Positions 25,697-40,009 of a stretch of 64,000 nt of DNA are shown here, piece by piece. Positions within the stretch are counted from its first letter, which is position 1. Every line of letters begins with the position of its first letter. Source of the DNA: Tubulanus polymorphus. Lineage: Eukaryota; Animalia; Nemertea. The stretch spans positions 20,963,910 to 21,027,909 of the forward strand of contig NC_134031.1 of assembly GCF_964204645.1 (NCBI RefSeq), read 5' to 3'. A program made the position numbers and the translations under genes. Under the pieces are notes generated by a model. It was not told where the DNA came from, ran no database searches, and saw only the letters and a list, made by a program, of their open reading frames with translations.

Positions 25697-28600
25697 ATGA
25701 CACCTTCAACTGGGGATAATGAAAGTGTTTTTGCATCGCCACCCGAACCGATATTCAACAGCAATTGTGACGGGTTACCTCGAGAAATATTACAAGACTG
25801 GCTGCTTCTGCTTTCGTCTGAAAACGATAAACAGATTAATTCTCCTCGGGATCAGCCTGGTGACCAGCATCATCAGCGTCTGGTGAATGGGCTAGCAATT
25901 ATTTTATAACCTAAAGAAATAGAAAAACATAAGGGCAAGACGTGTAGCACCTTTTATGCCTTCTTGCTGCAAAAATGATACAAATGCCTGCTCTGTTTGT
26001 TTTGCCTCAATTTCTCAAGTCAGTTACAGTTCCCAAACAACGTTGAGGGTGAAAGTGCACGTTTTAATTTTGAGCGGTTCAGTTCAGCCCTTAAAACACT
26101 ATCAACCCGCCCTCAGCATCAACAAATGAACTGTTCTCTAATCCATATTTATTCTGCATACAATCAAAAATAATTTTGATAGTGACCCGTAACATCTGAC
26201 TTCAGTTTTGAAATCCCATATCTGATTAAATAAGTCCTCTGTTTTGAATTAGGCTAATGAACAACAGTTTTGATCGGTAAGAAATTTCATTTTATTTAGG
26301 GACAAAGCTTCTTCAAAATGGACGACTGTGCAGAATTTGTGTTGTTGATTTGTTCTCGTTTGAAACTTTCAAACCATGCAACATACACGGCTATGGAACT
26401 TTTTGATAGGTGAGGTTACTATTACGCCTCAGCAGAACGAGGTAAACTGTAGCCTGATTCAAGACTTAGGGAGGGAGTTAATTGTCCTATGGAATATGAA
26501 TAGATTGTAACGTTTTAAACAAAGGAATCCTCGGATTTACTCGGGGAATTCTCAGGGATCTTGTAACTTGATGGAAAGTGGCAACCCTGTATTAGGTAGG
26601 TCTAATAAAGAAATACTACCGGTACTTTTCCCATCTCAATATTGGTGCTGTTGGTTTAAATGTTACATGTAGTTGTTTTGCAGCCTACAAACTGTTTGCT
26701 GTTGCCATGCTTGTTACTGACTGAAACCTTTGTCTTGTAGATTTATGACAAAGCATATAGCTGATTTATATAAGCACGTGAAATCATCTTCTAGTCGAAC
26801 TAAGATGTCTGATTGGCAGAGCATTCTTGATCGAATTAGCAATCAAATGGTTTTACGTATCGTGTCGTGTTGCCAGATTGCTTCAAAACTTGTATCTCAT
26901 TATAAGGTAAATGGCAATGTACATTGTATAGATTTTACAATTGAGAGTTAGCCTATTATTTTGCCATGTACAGTTCAAACTTGTTTAATCGGGATCAGTT
27001 TAATCACCAGATTATGATATGATACAGATTGTATTTCCAGATCGAAACTTTAATGTTTCGTCCTCAATACCCCTGTTTCTTTTTCGCGTTCCTCACTCCC
27101 ACCAACAGCAATAATGGGATCATTGACATCTGGTCCGACAAAGGTCATTAGCAACATTCCGATTGTCGTCAGAAATCGCAGACATTTGATTAACCAGGCC
27201 CTATGACTTTCAGTAATCTGTAAACATGTACCCTCTATTATCATGCCACTATGTGGAACACTGGTGGAACACTACTGAGCCATTTTAACTAATCATTTTG
27301 CCCATTATGACTGGTTTGACCTTTTGTAGAAACTTTATCTCCATTGAAATAAATCTGATGTTTTAGTTAAAAAGTATATATTTCAGATGTTGTGTTCAAT
27401 GTTGTAGATTATTACCCAAGCGAGGGCTCGACACATTCTGAAAGAAGCCGGACACCGATATAGTAACGATAGTATTCTTCAATCTGAACTACGAGTTCTA
27501 AAGACTCTCGACTACAATGTGTCAGTCCTGACTCCTATTGTTTACGTTGAAACGCTCTTGGAAATATTAGGTAGGCTAATACTTGGTTTGTAGAATGCTG
27601 GAAGAGGTAGATGCTTAGGACGTTAAGATTTGGTAGATTCCCATGGGGATAGGCGTATTGACTTGAGGGTCAAAGGTTGAGGTTCACTGCGGTTAATCAT
27701 TGGATGATTGATCCTGGTCTTTATTGTAGATAGGAAAGTAGAGCCATGATCACAAGCATTTTTGGTGCGTACCAGATTACCACACTGGTACCAAATGGGT
27801 CTGCGCCTGTTTGATATGGGGCAGAATGACTGGCACAATGTTGTGAGTTCATTTATTTGTATTCTATTTTTACAGGTTACAACCTGAAGAATTGCCGGGT
27901 AAAGATTTATTACGGAGTTTGTATAAAACTGATCGATCTCTTCAGTATCAAACGACAAACTGTTTATGACACCCTCTACAGCATCACCAGCAGGAAATCA
28001 TTTTGTTCCCAGCTTCAAAGGTAAATCCTGTTTAGAAATTGAAATAATTTGCCTAATGCACAATATTTGTGGCCGCTTAGCAGCAACCTGTCCGCCCCAA
28101 GAAATCTTGGGTGGTGGAATAGACCAATGAAGGGTCTTCGGGTAGGGTTTGTGTTAGTGTGAGCTTCGGCAGGAGGCATTCAAACCCTGGCAAGTGAGGA
28201 TACGTTTTGGCATGGTGAATGTAAGCTATATATTATTTGTATTATAGGAAGAGGTTTATGAGTGTAGAATGTGATAGTATGTTGTTAGCAGCTGCAACAG
28301 TAGCCGCCTCTGTGTATATCGTAGACCAAGATAAAGCAGATCAGGTGAGTATTAATTACAGCATGGTCTTCTGGTCAAAATGGAAATGTTCTATCCATTT
28401 AAAAGTGGCAAAAACAATATCCCATATGAGCATCATAGAATTATGGCTCATTCTGCAGACACTCCTTCCCACGATTGTTTAATGTAGCAATAGAAAATTT
28501 GAAAAAAATATTTTTTGAAAAATTCAGGAAATACAGAGATAAAAAAAGATGAATGACTATAATTAGCTGATATTGTTGGTATGTTATAGATCACGGATGA

Positions 28601-28742
28601 ACTGGGAAAAACTACACGTCTTGTGACTGATGACATTCTTGATTTTGCTGCCATTCTAGTTCAACTGGTTATCGGTGATGATGATGATGAATTGTCAGAT
28701 TCAGGATCTTATACTCCACGTGATAACAACAAACATCAATAA
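25697..28742 (+). CDS. CNTD1: Cyclin N-terminal domain-containing protein 1 (COSA-1 orthologue, meiotic crossover factor). Exons: 25697-25882, 26300-26409, 26741-26906, 27408-27570, 27876-28020, 28248-28344, 28590-28742
   Basis: Spliced translation ...AEFVLLICSRLKLSNHATYTAMELFDRFMTKH...LRIVSCCQIASKLVSHYKII...ILQSELRVLKTLDYNVSVLTPIVYVETLLEILGYN...FMSVECDSMLLAAATVAAS matches CNTD1 (cf. LRLVSCVQLASKL, ESELDVLKSL, TPLAYVETLLEVLGYN). Phases are consistent; AATAAA at 29228-29233. Confidence 0.93.
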
Positions 28743-29370
28743 TATTCCATCTTATGTTTTGAATTCTGTCTCTTAAAGCATTGACTGTGATAGAATTATC
28801 TGTGATGGCCGTTCATAAAGCATGTATACATTTTTTGGTAGGAATTAGAAAATAGTATTTTGAGGGTGATTTAGTTGTGATTGTAGCAGAGAATGCGTAA
28901 GTCAGATCGCTTGGAGCTTTAATTGTCTTCAAAATTATATTTAAATATTCCATACTTTACTTGATATTAAATATGATATTATCATACAAGTACATGTACC
29001 GTTTATAGTATTTTTTGATGTGAAATCTACTAGTATTGAATCCAACCACCTGTCAATCAAAATGATCGTTGTGATTGACAAGCGATTCTAGGAGTGACCT
29101 CCGATGATTGAGCAATCTCAGTCACTGTTTTATATATGATAGTTATTCATTATGTGCGAAGTCCTTTTTTTCTTGCTTTCTATTTGTAATGTATACAAAG
29201 TTATGCAATGTTTATAAATTGTTAGTAAATAAAGCAGTTCTTTATATCTATATATATCATGGTGTGTGTTAATTTCATCTCATTGTTTTTAGTGGTTCAC
29301 ACTAACTGTTCACACGGGTACCAAAAAACCAAAAATGCTTGATTGTCTGAGCCACCTTTAAGCACTGGTC

Positions 29371-29460
29371 AAACAGGCCAACACAAGGGTTTCTGCGTTT
29401 ATTAAACAGGCCAACACTAGGGTTCTACGTTTATTCACCAGGCCAACACTAGGGTTACTG
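29371..29460. repeat. Second, shorter copy (~2.7 units) of the 33-bp minisatellite found upstream of CNTD1
   Basis: Units of AAACAGGCCAACAC(A/T)AGGGTT(T/A)CTGCGTTTATT, in the same orientation as 25190-25535. Confidence 0.9.
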
Positions 29461-32400
29461 AGTTTAGAATATTCTGTGATGGCCGTTCATATACATGTAT
29501 AGAAATTTGTCTAGGGCCTGATCCGTGCTGATTTGGCCCAGCCCGTGGCTTTAGTCATTGCGATTCAATCATAGCGACTCAATCGCACATCTGCAGCCCA
29601 AAAACTGGTCCGAATGCCGTATAGAATAGAATCCTACCGGGTTGAAATCTGTCGTGTTTACCTAGCAACTTGCAAACATCTTAAACATCAAGTGGTGCCG
29701 TGGAGAAAAACAGATGCTGAGGAATCATTGAATACACAATTGCCTCACATTTTTAGAGTAAAATGAACTTCATTTACCGGTAGTTAAATGTCCTTCACCA
29801 TAATAAACGAAAACTAAAAAAAACCCTGGATAAACTGGTCACCGAAACATTTATTGCATTGCAAAGTTACAGAATTACATGGTTTTAGAACAAAATAGAC
29901 TGTAAGCGGTCTACACAGAGGATAACTTTGAATTTGCAAGCGTCTAGATAAACAGTTTTCTCGTAAAAATTCACGATCAGAAACATCAACGCAACATCTT
30001 CAAAAAAATGTCAGTAAACATTCTCTATGAGAATTTGTTCAGTCATCTGTAAAAATAAAGAAGCTACTAATATTAACTATGCGATTGTTTTAGTGAGCGT
30101 AGACTTGTGTAGCAATGATAGAATAAATATATTTATATCGTGTCACGAAGTCTCCGAGAATTCGCGTTTATCAGTAATATTTACGTTAGTTTAAGAATAT
30201 ATTTTGGCACAATTTTCATTCTAACGGTCTCCGAAATTACACTACGTTAGGGTAGTTTGGCACAAATTTTGGAATGTGCATAAAAAAACATTCTTTCAGC
30301 AGATATCGTAAATATAAATGTTTGTAAAATAGTAGAGACATGTCCCCCACCACGAAACCAGTCACAAATCCGTCAACTATTTCATTGTCGAACTATAACG
30401 AAATAATTTTCGGGTAAAATTCTAAAAATGTTCACGCGAAAAAAGCAATAATATTAAATCGAAAAGACGACCATTTGATGATCGCCATGATTCTGACGAG
30501 ATATTTTGATTTAATTTCTCCAAACGCCGTTTTAAAAGCTGCAGTACTTTTTTCTTCAAAACGAAAAAAGAAAACATAGTTTTTCGAACCGGTAACAATT
30601 CCATTGCACCTATAATTGACGATTAATGAATATAAACATTCAATGTATAAGAATATATATGAGCGAATGCGTTTTGGAAAGGCATACGAACTCGATCACT
30701 AGTTTATCATCTGATGCTGGCGATGTTTCAAATCGTGAATTTTAATAACACAAATTTTATATACATATCGTTGATTTGCAACCATTACATGGCCAGTTAA
30801 ATATGTAATATGTATAATCCTAATCCTACACTAAACAACAAAACTACTTTTACATCTTTGATATTGCTTGTAGACATTCGGTCAGATTCTCTCGAAGGAC
30901 AATTCCGATACCAAAATATTCTTATCTTAACCTCAATGAAAAAAATAAAATAGCTTTTAGTTCCGGCTAGATTATTTAATCGATTCAATTAACAATTATT
31001 AATTTTGCATCGAATGCAGAAATGGTAAATAATTGAGTGTAATGAGTTATGAGCGCGTCTGACCGAATGTAGGCTACCTAATAGTGGAGCGGAGTTTTAA
31101 TCCGTTAAGTCGAAAAATTATTATTAGAGTGGCACAGGCTGCGAACTTGTATACAAATATAAAACGAATATGAAGTGTATAATTACGTTATGTTACACTG
31201 CCACTTTACACAAACACATGTGACAAAAAGCATCTATTCCAATCGTAGGTTTCATCATTATTGAAACCTGTTATCAAATTATCGAATCATAGACAATTCT
31301 GAATATTTTCTCATTGAAAATTGATATATCGTTTCAGATGTTTTGAGAAATAGAAGCTCGTCACGTGTGTTTGTATTTGTTTATATATGATGATAATATT
31401 TTGGTATTTCCTATAATATACATATGACAATTGACACATTTTTGATGTATGTAATAAGAATGGGAGGTCTATGGAAAATCCCCACTTGACCAACATGATT
31501 TGCACTTGTTCCTTTTAAAAGCACACCTATTGTCCTAATAGGAAACATTGCCTCTAGTTTTTGAACGAACTGTTTGTTTCTAAGCATCCCGGCCAGAAAA
31601 GAACCAACCTAACTACCTTTCCTTCATTACTGGTATGGACTGGACATTTTAAGATGCACAGTTATCAATCAGATTATCGTTTCTGGTCTTATTAATCTGC
31701 ATGAGCAGTTCATAACCAACATATATGTACACATTATGTACGTGTACATATACACACAGCTCACAACGACAGCAATGTCTTCTTGTGGAAACATTTACTG
31801 ATGTACAGTGATGGTACGTATTATGTATGACTCAATGAACTCCAGAAGTAATCAGGAATCAACACTGATTACTGGCTTCAATGAAAATACCCATACCATA
31901 CATCTAATGGATATAACTAACCCAAGAAATGCAGTAACAAACAATATTAGAAAACATGCATTCAATGCGAATAGTCATCACGCAACTTTCTAAGCATCCG
32001 ATGCCAGGTTAGGCTCTATTTGAAGTTTTATATATAGTTCTTCATTCCCTTACACGCTAGATTTGAGCGAGGCAATGCTTCCAATTTGAACGCATAAGTA
32101 TTCACCGGGGTTAAGCTTACTCTTCAAAATCATACATCAAACAGAGATTACAATGCTAATGCTAATTTACAAACAAAACAAAAAACCACGGTGAGAACCA
32201 ATTCAGCACATCGGGGTATTAAGCGAACATGAAATGTCTATAGAACTAGTAAATATATAATGACCGATACAAAAAAAATTAAGAGCTAAACTGCACGCAA
32301 ATGCCAAATAGTACATAATGTACCTTTACAAAGCACCAAGCATGTAAAATAATATTGTATAATCTTTTAATATGTTTATATTACATTTACATTGAATGAA

Positions 32401-32520
32401 TGAAATATAGATAATAATCAATAATGACGAGAAAAAAGCTTTTTTTAATGACCTTGCACGTAAAAATTTATACACAATTACAATCGTACAAACATGCCAC
32501 TGTTAGTGTTGCAAACTTTT

Positions 32521-32746
32521 ATTATCATTATTATTATTATTATTATTATTATTTTTAAACATCGATAAACCATCAACGTATAACACTGAAAACTTTATTC
32601 CGGCGCAAGTTCATCACAATATACACACACTGTACAAACGCCGCAAATACAAATTCATTTTACTATAATTATCCATACGAACATACAACCACTTATTCAT
32701 AATGGTTTAAATATCATCAATCATTTTTTATTATAATTACTTATTT

Positions 32747-32777
<31 letters not shown>

Positions 32778-32850
32778 CATATTTATCATAATAATATTTA
32801 TTATTATTTATTTATTTATAGCATTCTTATTATTATTATTATTATTATAT
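32521..32850. repeat. Cluster of (TTA/TAT)n microsatellites and low-complexity AT
   Basis: Direct reading. Confidence 0.85.
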
Positions 32851-35373
32851 TATGTCAACAATGTATCATGATTTTAAAGTGACGCAATAAAAATTCCTGT
32901 ACACTACTGAACTCCCATGTTTATCACAGAGTCCAACCAGGTTTTTAATATATATAATTGGCTCGATTGTTCATCATCTAGATTGAATAGACAGTTACTC
33001 AAGTTGGCCCCATTATCATTTTGCTCAGTTGGTTAGTTCATATAGCGATAACAAAAAATCCTTCTACATAAAATCAATTGTGCATATATTACACCAAAAA
33101 TCCTTAAATGGAGACTCGCCGTTTCAATAACAGATTGAGTACTGTGTTGCAGGGCAAGTTTCTTGGTCTGGATACATGTACTTAGTTAACACCCAAGAAT
33201 AAATATTCGAGCTACTTAGCTTTCTGGGATAGTAACATTGAGAAACCATTGAATTCAACTTCAAAAATGTCTGCTGTGGCTATCATACGTACTAATAAGT
33301 TGGTAAAATGAGCCTAGGATATAATCTGGGGGGTGCGGTACTACACAATTCATGCTTAGTGCATATATTATATTCAGGTCGTTTTAAAAGTGGTATTTGA
33401 GCGGGTGATGACGTATACAAGTATTTTTACTATAATCAAAAATGATCCGTTACGGTAGTAAATCAGATTAAATCTATATAAAATGCATAAAATCATATCG
33501 ATGATAATCATACCGGTCACGTCACGTTGTTAGCAGATCGTGAGTTGCTCTAACGTGGAATTGTACGGTACTTGTAAAAGAGTATATGCTGCGTTAGGTT
33601 ATTCAGTATCATGTACTTGAAGGCACACAAATAAGGACGCAATTGACACTGCATTCATCAGTTTATAGTCGTAGAAGTGTTGTACCAGTATTAGATTTTC
33701 AGTTTTTGCTGCTGCCTAGTTTTTGTAGATATATATGAAACCGTGTTGGTCACTTTTTGATAAACATGGGAGTTACATGAAGCGTTTGTCCTTCCTGTGC
33801 AGTTCTACGGCGAAATTCATTTTTCAAAAGTACAGCGGTGTATAATACATGTGAAAATGCCAAAAAGTCAAAAGATCGAAATGATTTTTTGACTTTCCGT
33901 TTCGAGTTTGTTCAGGACTGGGTTTCTTGGAAGTATGTCGACTCGTCAAATGTAATGACAGCCAAGTAGTAACTGATGGGGACCAGTCATCGGAACAATT
34001 GCCTCGAAATTGGTTTTATCAGTACATACCCCGGAGGTTTTTCGATATACAGATGGTCTTCGCCATTTAATCTGCGGAAAGGACATCGCGCTAATGACTC
34101 TGATCTACTTCTAACAACTACAAGTTCTTTGCCTGTCTATATAGAATATCGAATTGATCTGAGCATATCGCATTCTACTGATAATTCTACCGGTTCTAAA
34201 TTGGAATACTGTAAATGCAGAAAATCAGGATACATTTTGTGGTATCGTCATACTGCACTAGAACATTACTATAGCCACCAATTATTAATCACTCACAACA
34301 GACTACCAGGTACGTACTATAAGCGACACCAATCTCTAAATAGTCTACCCCACAAACAAGCCCATAATGCAGTAATCTCATTTGAAAAGAACTTACGAAT
34401 TCATTGCGTTTCACAAAAATCTCATGGCCGACTGAATAGGGTTGTCAAAAAAAAGTTACAACTTAACTTTTGCTAGTAGCAGAATACTAAACCCACAAAT
34501 GTTAAGTCGAGATTGTTGTTAGATAAATAATAATTCTCACCGTAAAATGTCAGATGGTTAGACGCTAGACACGCACGCACTTTGTGAATCTCCTGGTATG
34601 CAGGATGCATCGCGTATAGTTTTTTCTATAGAGATAACTGTTGTCTTCGATTAAGCACAAACATACCCACACAAGGTACACACAACACCACCTACAATAA
34701 CTCAGATTTACTACTGCTTTATATGCACAAAACGCTAATTATGTTTTAAGCCAATATTACAAGGATTTGGTACGGATCACACCGAACAACATCGTATTTC
34801 AGTCTATGAGAACTCTCGGATTTCCACTGACAGTTACTATGAATGTATATTCATATAGGATTATTTAAAAAATGAGAATTTCATTTCATGAATGCATATC
34901 ATCAAAAAAATGTTTCATTTTGTATACAGATTATTATAATGTATCAATTGTATTAATAACCATTATAATAAGAAATAATATAAATTAGTGTAAAATCGTT
35001 CATAACAGTTTTTACCAGTTTAACTGGACTTTTTGGACCGCGGCAACAAATTTTTCAATGTTTTATGTAGAGTTAATGTATAATCTATCGGTTGAAGTTC
35101 AAAGTGAATACAATTGCTGCAATACATGGATACGCTGACTGCTGCATTGCTACTACTGACTTAAGTTGTACATCAACTACTTAATGCTTTTATTAATCTT
35201 CATATCATTTATAACAATACATTGATTATTGAGAATTATGATTCTTCTTTCTAAACTCAATCTAACTAGATTGATTTGATAATTATGATTATAATATAAC
35301 TCATCAATCTTTGTGGTTTAGATTCTAAATGCGAACCCATAGGCAAATAAGTTTAAATATTCACAAAGGATGA

Positions 35374-35470
35374 GTGGGAGTGAACCGCCTCCCTGATGGT
35401 ACCAGGGAGGTGGAACCATCTCCGTGATGGTACCTGGGAGGTGGGAGTGAACCCGCCTCCCTGATGGTAC
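35374..35470. repeat. Short GC-rich tandem repeat of palindromic units (CCTCCCTGATGGTACCAGGGAGG)
   Basis: About 3 related units centred on GGTACC; the first forms a perfect 8-bp stem (35388-35395 with 35403-35410). Confidence 0.75.
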
Positions 35471-38400
35471 ATACCTCCAATACAAAATGTTGCAGACGTG
35501 AACTTGACAATATTTAGTTAAATCTTTAGTTACACTAGTTTTGCTCATTGGTTGCTGATTTTGAGCGGGGGAGGGGGGCGAAGGGGAGAGAGAATGGATG
35601 TACATGATTATGAACTATATCGGATAATGGTGTAAATATATGAGTGTTGGGTTGATGTGTTTAATTGATTGGTCTTTGATTAGTTCAGCAGCAACAATAA
35701 GAACAAGAAATACTATCTAACAACATGAACGACGAACTTTGTTACAATAAAGCTGTGGGCATATCAAAAAAATTCATTATTCACTTATGCGCATGAATTG
35801 TTTTTGTTTGCACGGTAGTTGAACTTTTTGAACTAAATATCAATTCATATACGTCGAACAAAAATGAGGTGCACAAAATGAAAATATGTATGATTTTCAT
35901 GCAGCCAAACAACACAATAAAAGTTATGGAAAAACAGACTGAACAGCGATATAATACAGACAGAAATATCAATGCAGCTTTTAGTTTAGAATAAAATTCT
36001 ACAGAATTTCAATACGAGATGTTGCACAGAACATCATTGGTCCCATTAAAACATTTTAACACAGCAGCTTCCAACATATTTTAGTGCCACTGCACTGAAT
36101 TTTTCAGGGTTTTGTACCACACCATCGGTACACATAGAATCCAAATACATGTAGTCTTTATGCTATAATGAGCAAATATGGTGTTTCTTCAGTAACCAGA
36201 AACTAGTATGCCTTGTTGTTACTCTTTCAAGTATCTGATCTTATACTGATACGATACTGATACAATTTTAATAAAGGTTTTAAGATGTTCTAAAAAAAAA
36301 AGAAGAAATTTCTGAAAGCTTAAAATGATCATCTTTCAGACACCGGTAATGAGATTATAAATCACAGGGCTGCATTTTTCAAAGAAACATCCACCTTTCA
36401 CGGTGATAACTAGATCTGTACTTGTAAATAGCAGCGCTATACGCTGGATCTGTCTGCAGTCGTATCATTTCTGAATACGATATTCCCGAGTCTTTTTGAG
36501 AATAATATTCTGATCTTTTAATATTCTGATCACATCGTACATTTCAATCATACGATCATTTTTGATTTCTCAAATACATGTACGATCTATTTCAAAATTT
36601 GCGTTACCACTGGGATACCACTTTGAAAAATACTACTCTGAGCTGCAGCAGACGCTATACTGGCAGAGATAGTGGCAACATCGGCCAACTTCTGTAACAG
36701 AGTCCGTCGTCATTAACCCATCAACATCAGTTACAACTATTCACTATCCTAAGTTAATGGCAATCACACCAAGACCCTAGCAAACAGAAATTACAGCATA
36801 ATGAACCCTGTCGCCAAAAATAGGGCCGAGTGTTTACAAATTCATATACGCAATAAATACCTCGACAAGACACTATACAAACTACGGTATAATCTGTTGA
36901 GCAGAGGCAACAGGGATTCAGACAAATTAAATAACATCAGACAACATTTATCCGATAAACACTACTACAGTAATGATGCATTCTATGTACAATATCTATT
37001 ATTGGTCCACATGTCATGATCACTGATGATTCGAAATAAAAGGCAACTCTAGTGGTAGCATCAGGTTCATGTAACAAACCTAAATATCTGCTGCTGTGTC
37101 GATAGACAAAACGTCTGTTATATTTCCCATTATGTCTGCACATGTACATGTATAAGCATTTTTATACAAGCAAATACAGCTAGTTAAATACAATAAGGTC
37201 AAGGCACCACAGGAATTGTGTGTTCAACAACATATCACCTTAAAACTATACATCCACCAGGTGAATACAACTATTTTTTCTCAATTTCGTCCGAATAGAT
37301 GTACCAATTTTTTGAAAAAAGTGTTCATCAATTTCTCAGGAATTGTCGGGGACACACTACCGGTTTATTCGATTGGTCTTGTAGATTTAATCGCAATTTT
37401 CGAGGCCTGATGAATTTACGATATTCAGCCATCAGTTAAGCATCCAGTCAACACTGTCCCACCAATAACCAATAAGATCTCAACAAAGAGCACGTACGCA
37501 GCTATTCATCTAGTGTGTCCACCGATTCACTCCAATGTAACCATCGGCGATTATAAATTGTAGCTTATCCCGTAAATTCATTACAATAATCATATTCACT
37601 GGTAAGTGTACATAAATTAGAGCACCATTGGTGGAGCTTTAGAATAATGAGCGTCCATCTCCGGATGGATTTTTAATATACATAATTTTGTTGGAAGAAC
37701 GATTATTCATCTTGTGATTCGATGTTTGGTAATTTCAGTATTCTGAATGGTACACGATCATGAATGTAGACGAACTGTATACATCTATGTCGATCATTAC
37801 AAACATCGAAGATGGTCCAGGTTTATGTAACAAAAGTTGTTGGAAATTCAAGGCTTCCACGGATTAAGTTACATAGTTGTATATTAGTAGAGGAACCTAT
37901 ACAGTCATATACTCATGGCGTAATTTGTACATTAAATGTAAGTACCATGTTTGCTGCCTATATTCTGCTGAAATTACCAAAGACGATTTTTCTTCTTTTT
38001 TTCGAATTTGTCACAGAATATCAATGCCAGATTCAGGTTTATCAAAAGATGTACGGATTTCATCGATATCGAGGAATGGATTATGAAGTTAATATAAGAT
38101 GAAATATTCTTAATCGCCATTGTCATAAATAATATCGTGGTGATAAGCTCCGTGGATTGGAACATGTTTGATAGATAGCTCGCACCTCGAGTTTCTATCC
38201 ACATGAACCGATGAAATGCACTTGTGATAATTCTGTAGGCACATCAGTTCAACTCTAAAAAGGAAATCGTCTACGCTTATCGGATAGCCACGATCACGCA
38301 GAGACAATTCGTCCCAGGTCACTAACTGGTATTGTATCAGGTTCTAGTGATACTTGGCTGAATTAGAGAGTATTTTAACACAGAAATCACTGCTCACTCA

Positions 38401-40009
38401 TTTCTAAAAATGCTATCAAATCGACGCTGAGATAAATCACTTCTCGAACGAGTCAGTATTCACGCGCAATAAGGTTGGACCCATTCGGCAGCACATGAAC
38501 GATTGGCCGGGGTCAAAAACGCTCGTGTGATCATGGCTGACATCTTATAACAGACTGGGATCGATATCCGAGGTGTCGGTAGTTACATCATTTACATAAA
38601 AATTTAGTTTTAAATTCTGACACAGAATAATTGAAACATAGAACAAAAGAATTAAGACTCATTAAACAAACATCAAACCGATGAAAAAACACACAAGTAC
38701 ATCATCATTGAACAGAGGAATTAAATACAAAGTTTCACATGAGACAGTTATTTTGAGTCTTTATAAGACGAAGCTGAAATAGGTATTGTAGAAAAAAATT
38801 CTTACAACTATTTGACCGGATATGCACGTTAAAATTATCTAAAATAACCGACAGTATTTATTGAACTTCAAGTTCCAAGAAAATTTGTTTTATAACTGAT
38901 GTTTTAACTATTTAATAGCCATGCGTCAGTTGTTGGATTTACATGAACACAAATATTTTCAGGTATATGTGCAGCATACCACGTATTGTATGGTTCACAC
39001 CGGTTGAATCAGGAACTATTTTGATAGTAACCTGAATATTATTTCAAGTTTTAAGAAGCTATAAATCTCCACCAGACTCCATCACCTGTGCTGCATTCTT
39101 TTTCGACCATCACTTCAAATGTCTCATGTGGAACTCGCTGGTTCAACACTTAAGTGTTTGGTCGGTCACTTCAGAAATTTCAGGTCAGAAGAACATTTCA
39201 ACCCAGGGTAAACTCTACAGCATCTAGGCGTCTATTCACTGAAAATATCCTTCATTTCGAGAAGGTCTAGTCTAAAAACACGACACAGATATGGCCTCGG
39301 CCTCGCTTTTTTGTCTTTTTCGGTACAACCAATACATACTCAACTATCACCACACAGTTTTTTCCACAGACTGCAGACAAAACAATACTGACAAAATATG
39401 TGTATCACATGAAGACCAGATTCACAATCTGGCCGAGTTACGTACGAGACTTATTTATAATAATAATAATAACAAACTCACATTGGTATGAAACATTCTT
39501 TCTTTTTACACCCAAGAGAGGTGGTCATTGTGACACGCTTTTTTTTCTAATACGGAGACCAAAGTGCGCTATTTACACGTTTATATTCCAAATGATCGAT
39601 ATGCTTTTTTCGTCCAATAAGCCACACACGTTCCCTCTGAGCATCAGTGCAGGTATAACTAGAGTAGTTACTACTTTTCTATCACTGATTGTTGTTGTAG
39701 GGGATTTTATTTTGATGAACATCGAATATGTTTTGCTATGTCATCATTACACAGTATATCACCATCGCGCATCACATTGTCCAAAAACTTGAGCATTTAC
39801 CACATTAAATATAACAAGTGAATTCAACAACATCAAGGCCACTAAGTGTTACTGTTTCCTCTTCTTCTATAGACAGTTTTATATATATATATATTTTTTT
39901 TATATATCATCCTCATTCTTTTTTAATGCCCATGTTCTAGACATAATACAAGGTCTAGACATCACATCGGTAAGTGGGAACCTGATACAAAGCTAACCTA
40001 CAACCATGT

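Larger units (their letters stand above)
29835..40009 (-). other. Probable ~10 kb 3' UTR of the zinc-finger gene; distal poly(A) signal AATAAA on the minus strand at 29855-29850
   Basis: No credible coding exons between the stop at 40010 and the convergent end of CNTD1. The composition is uniformly UTR-like and AT-rich. The extent is inferred. Confidence 0.45.

Noticed and set aside
33976-34476. 166-aa plus-strand ORF
   Set aside because: No recognisable domain or splice context, and it lies antisense in the putative UTR.
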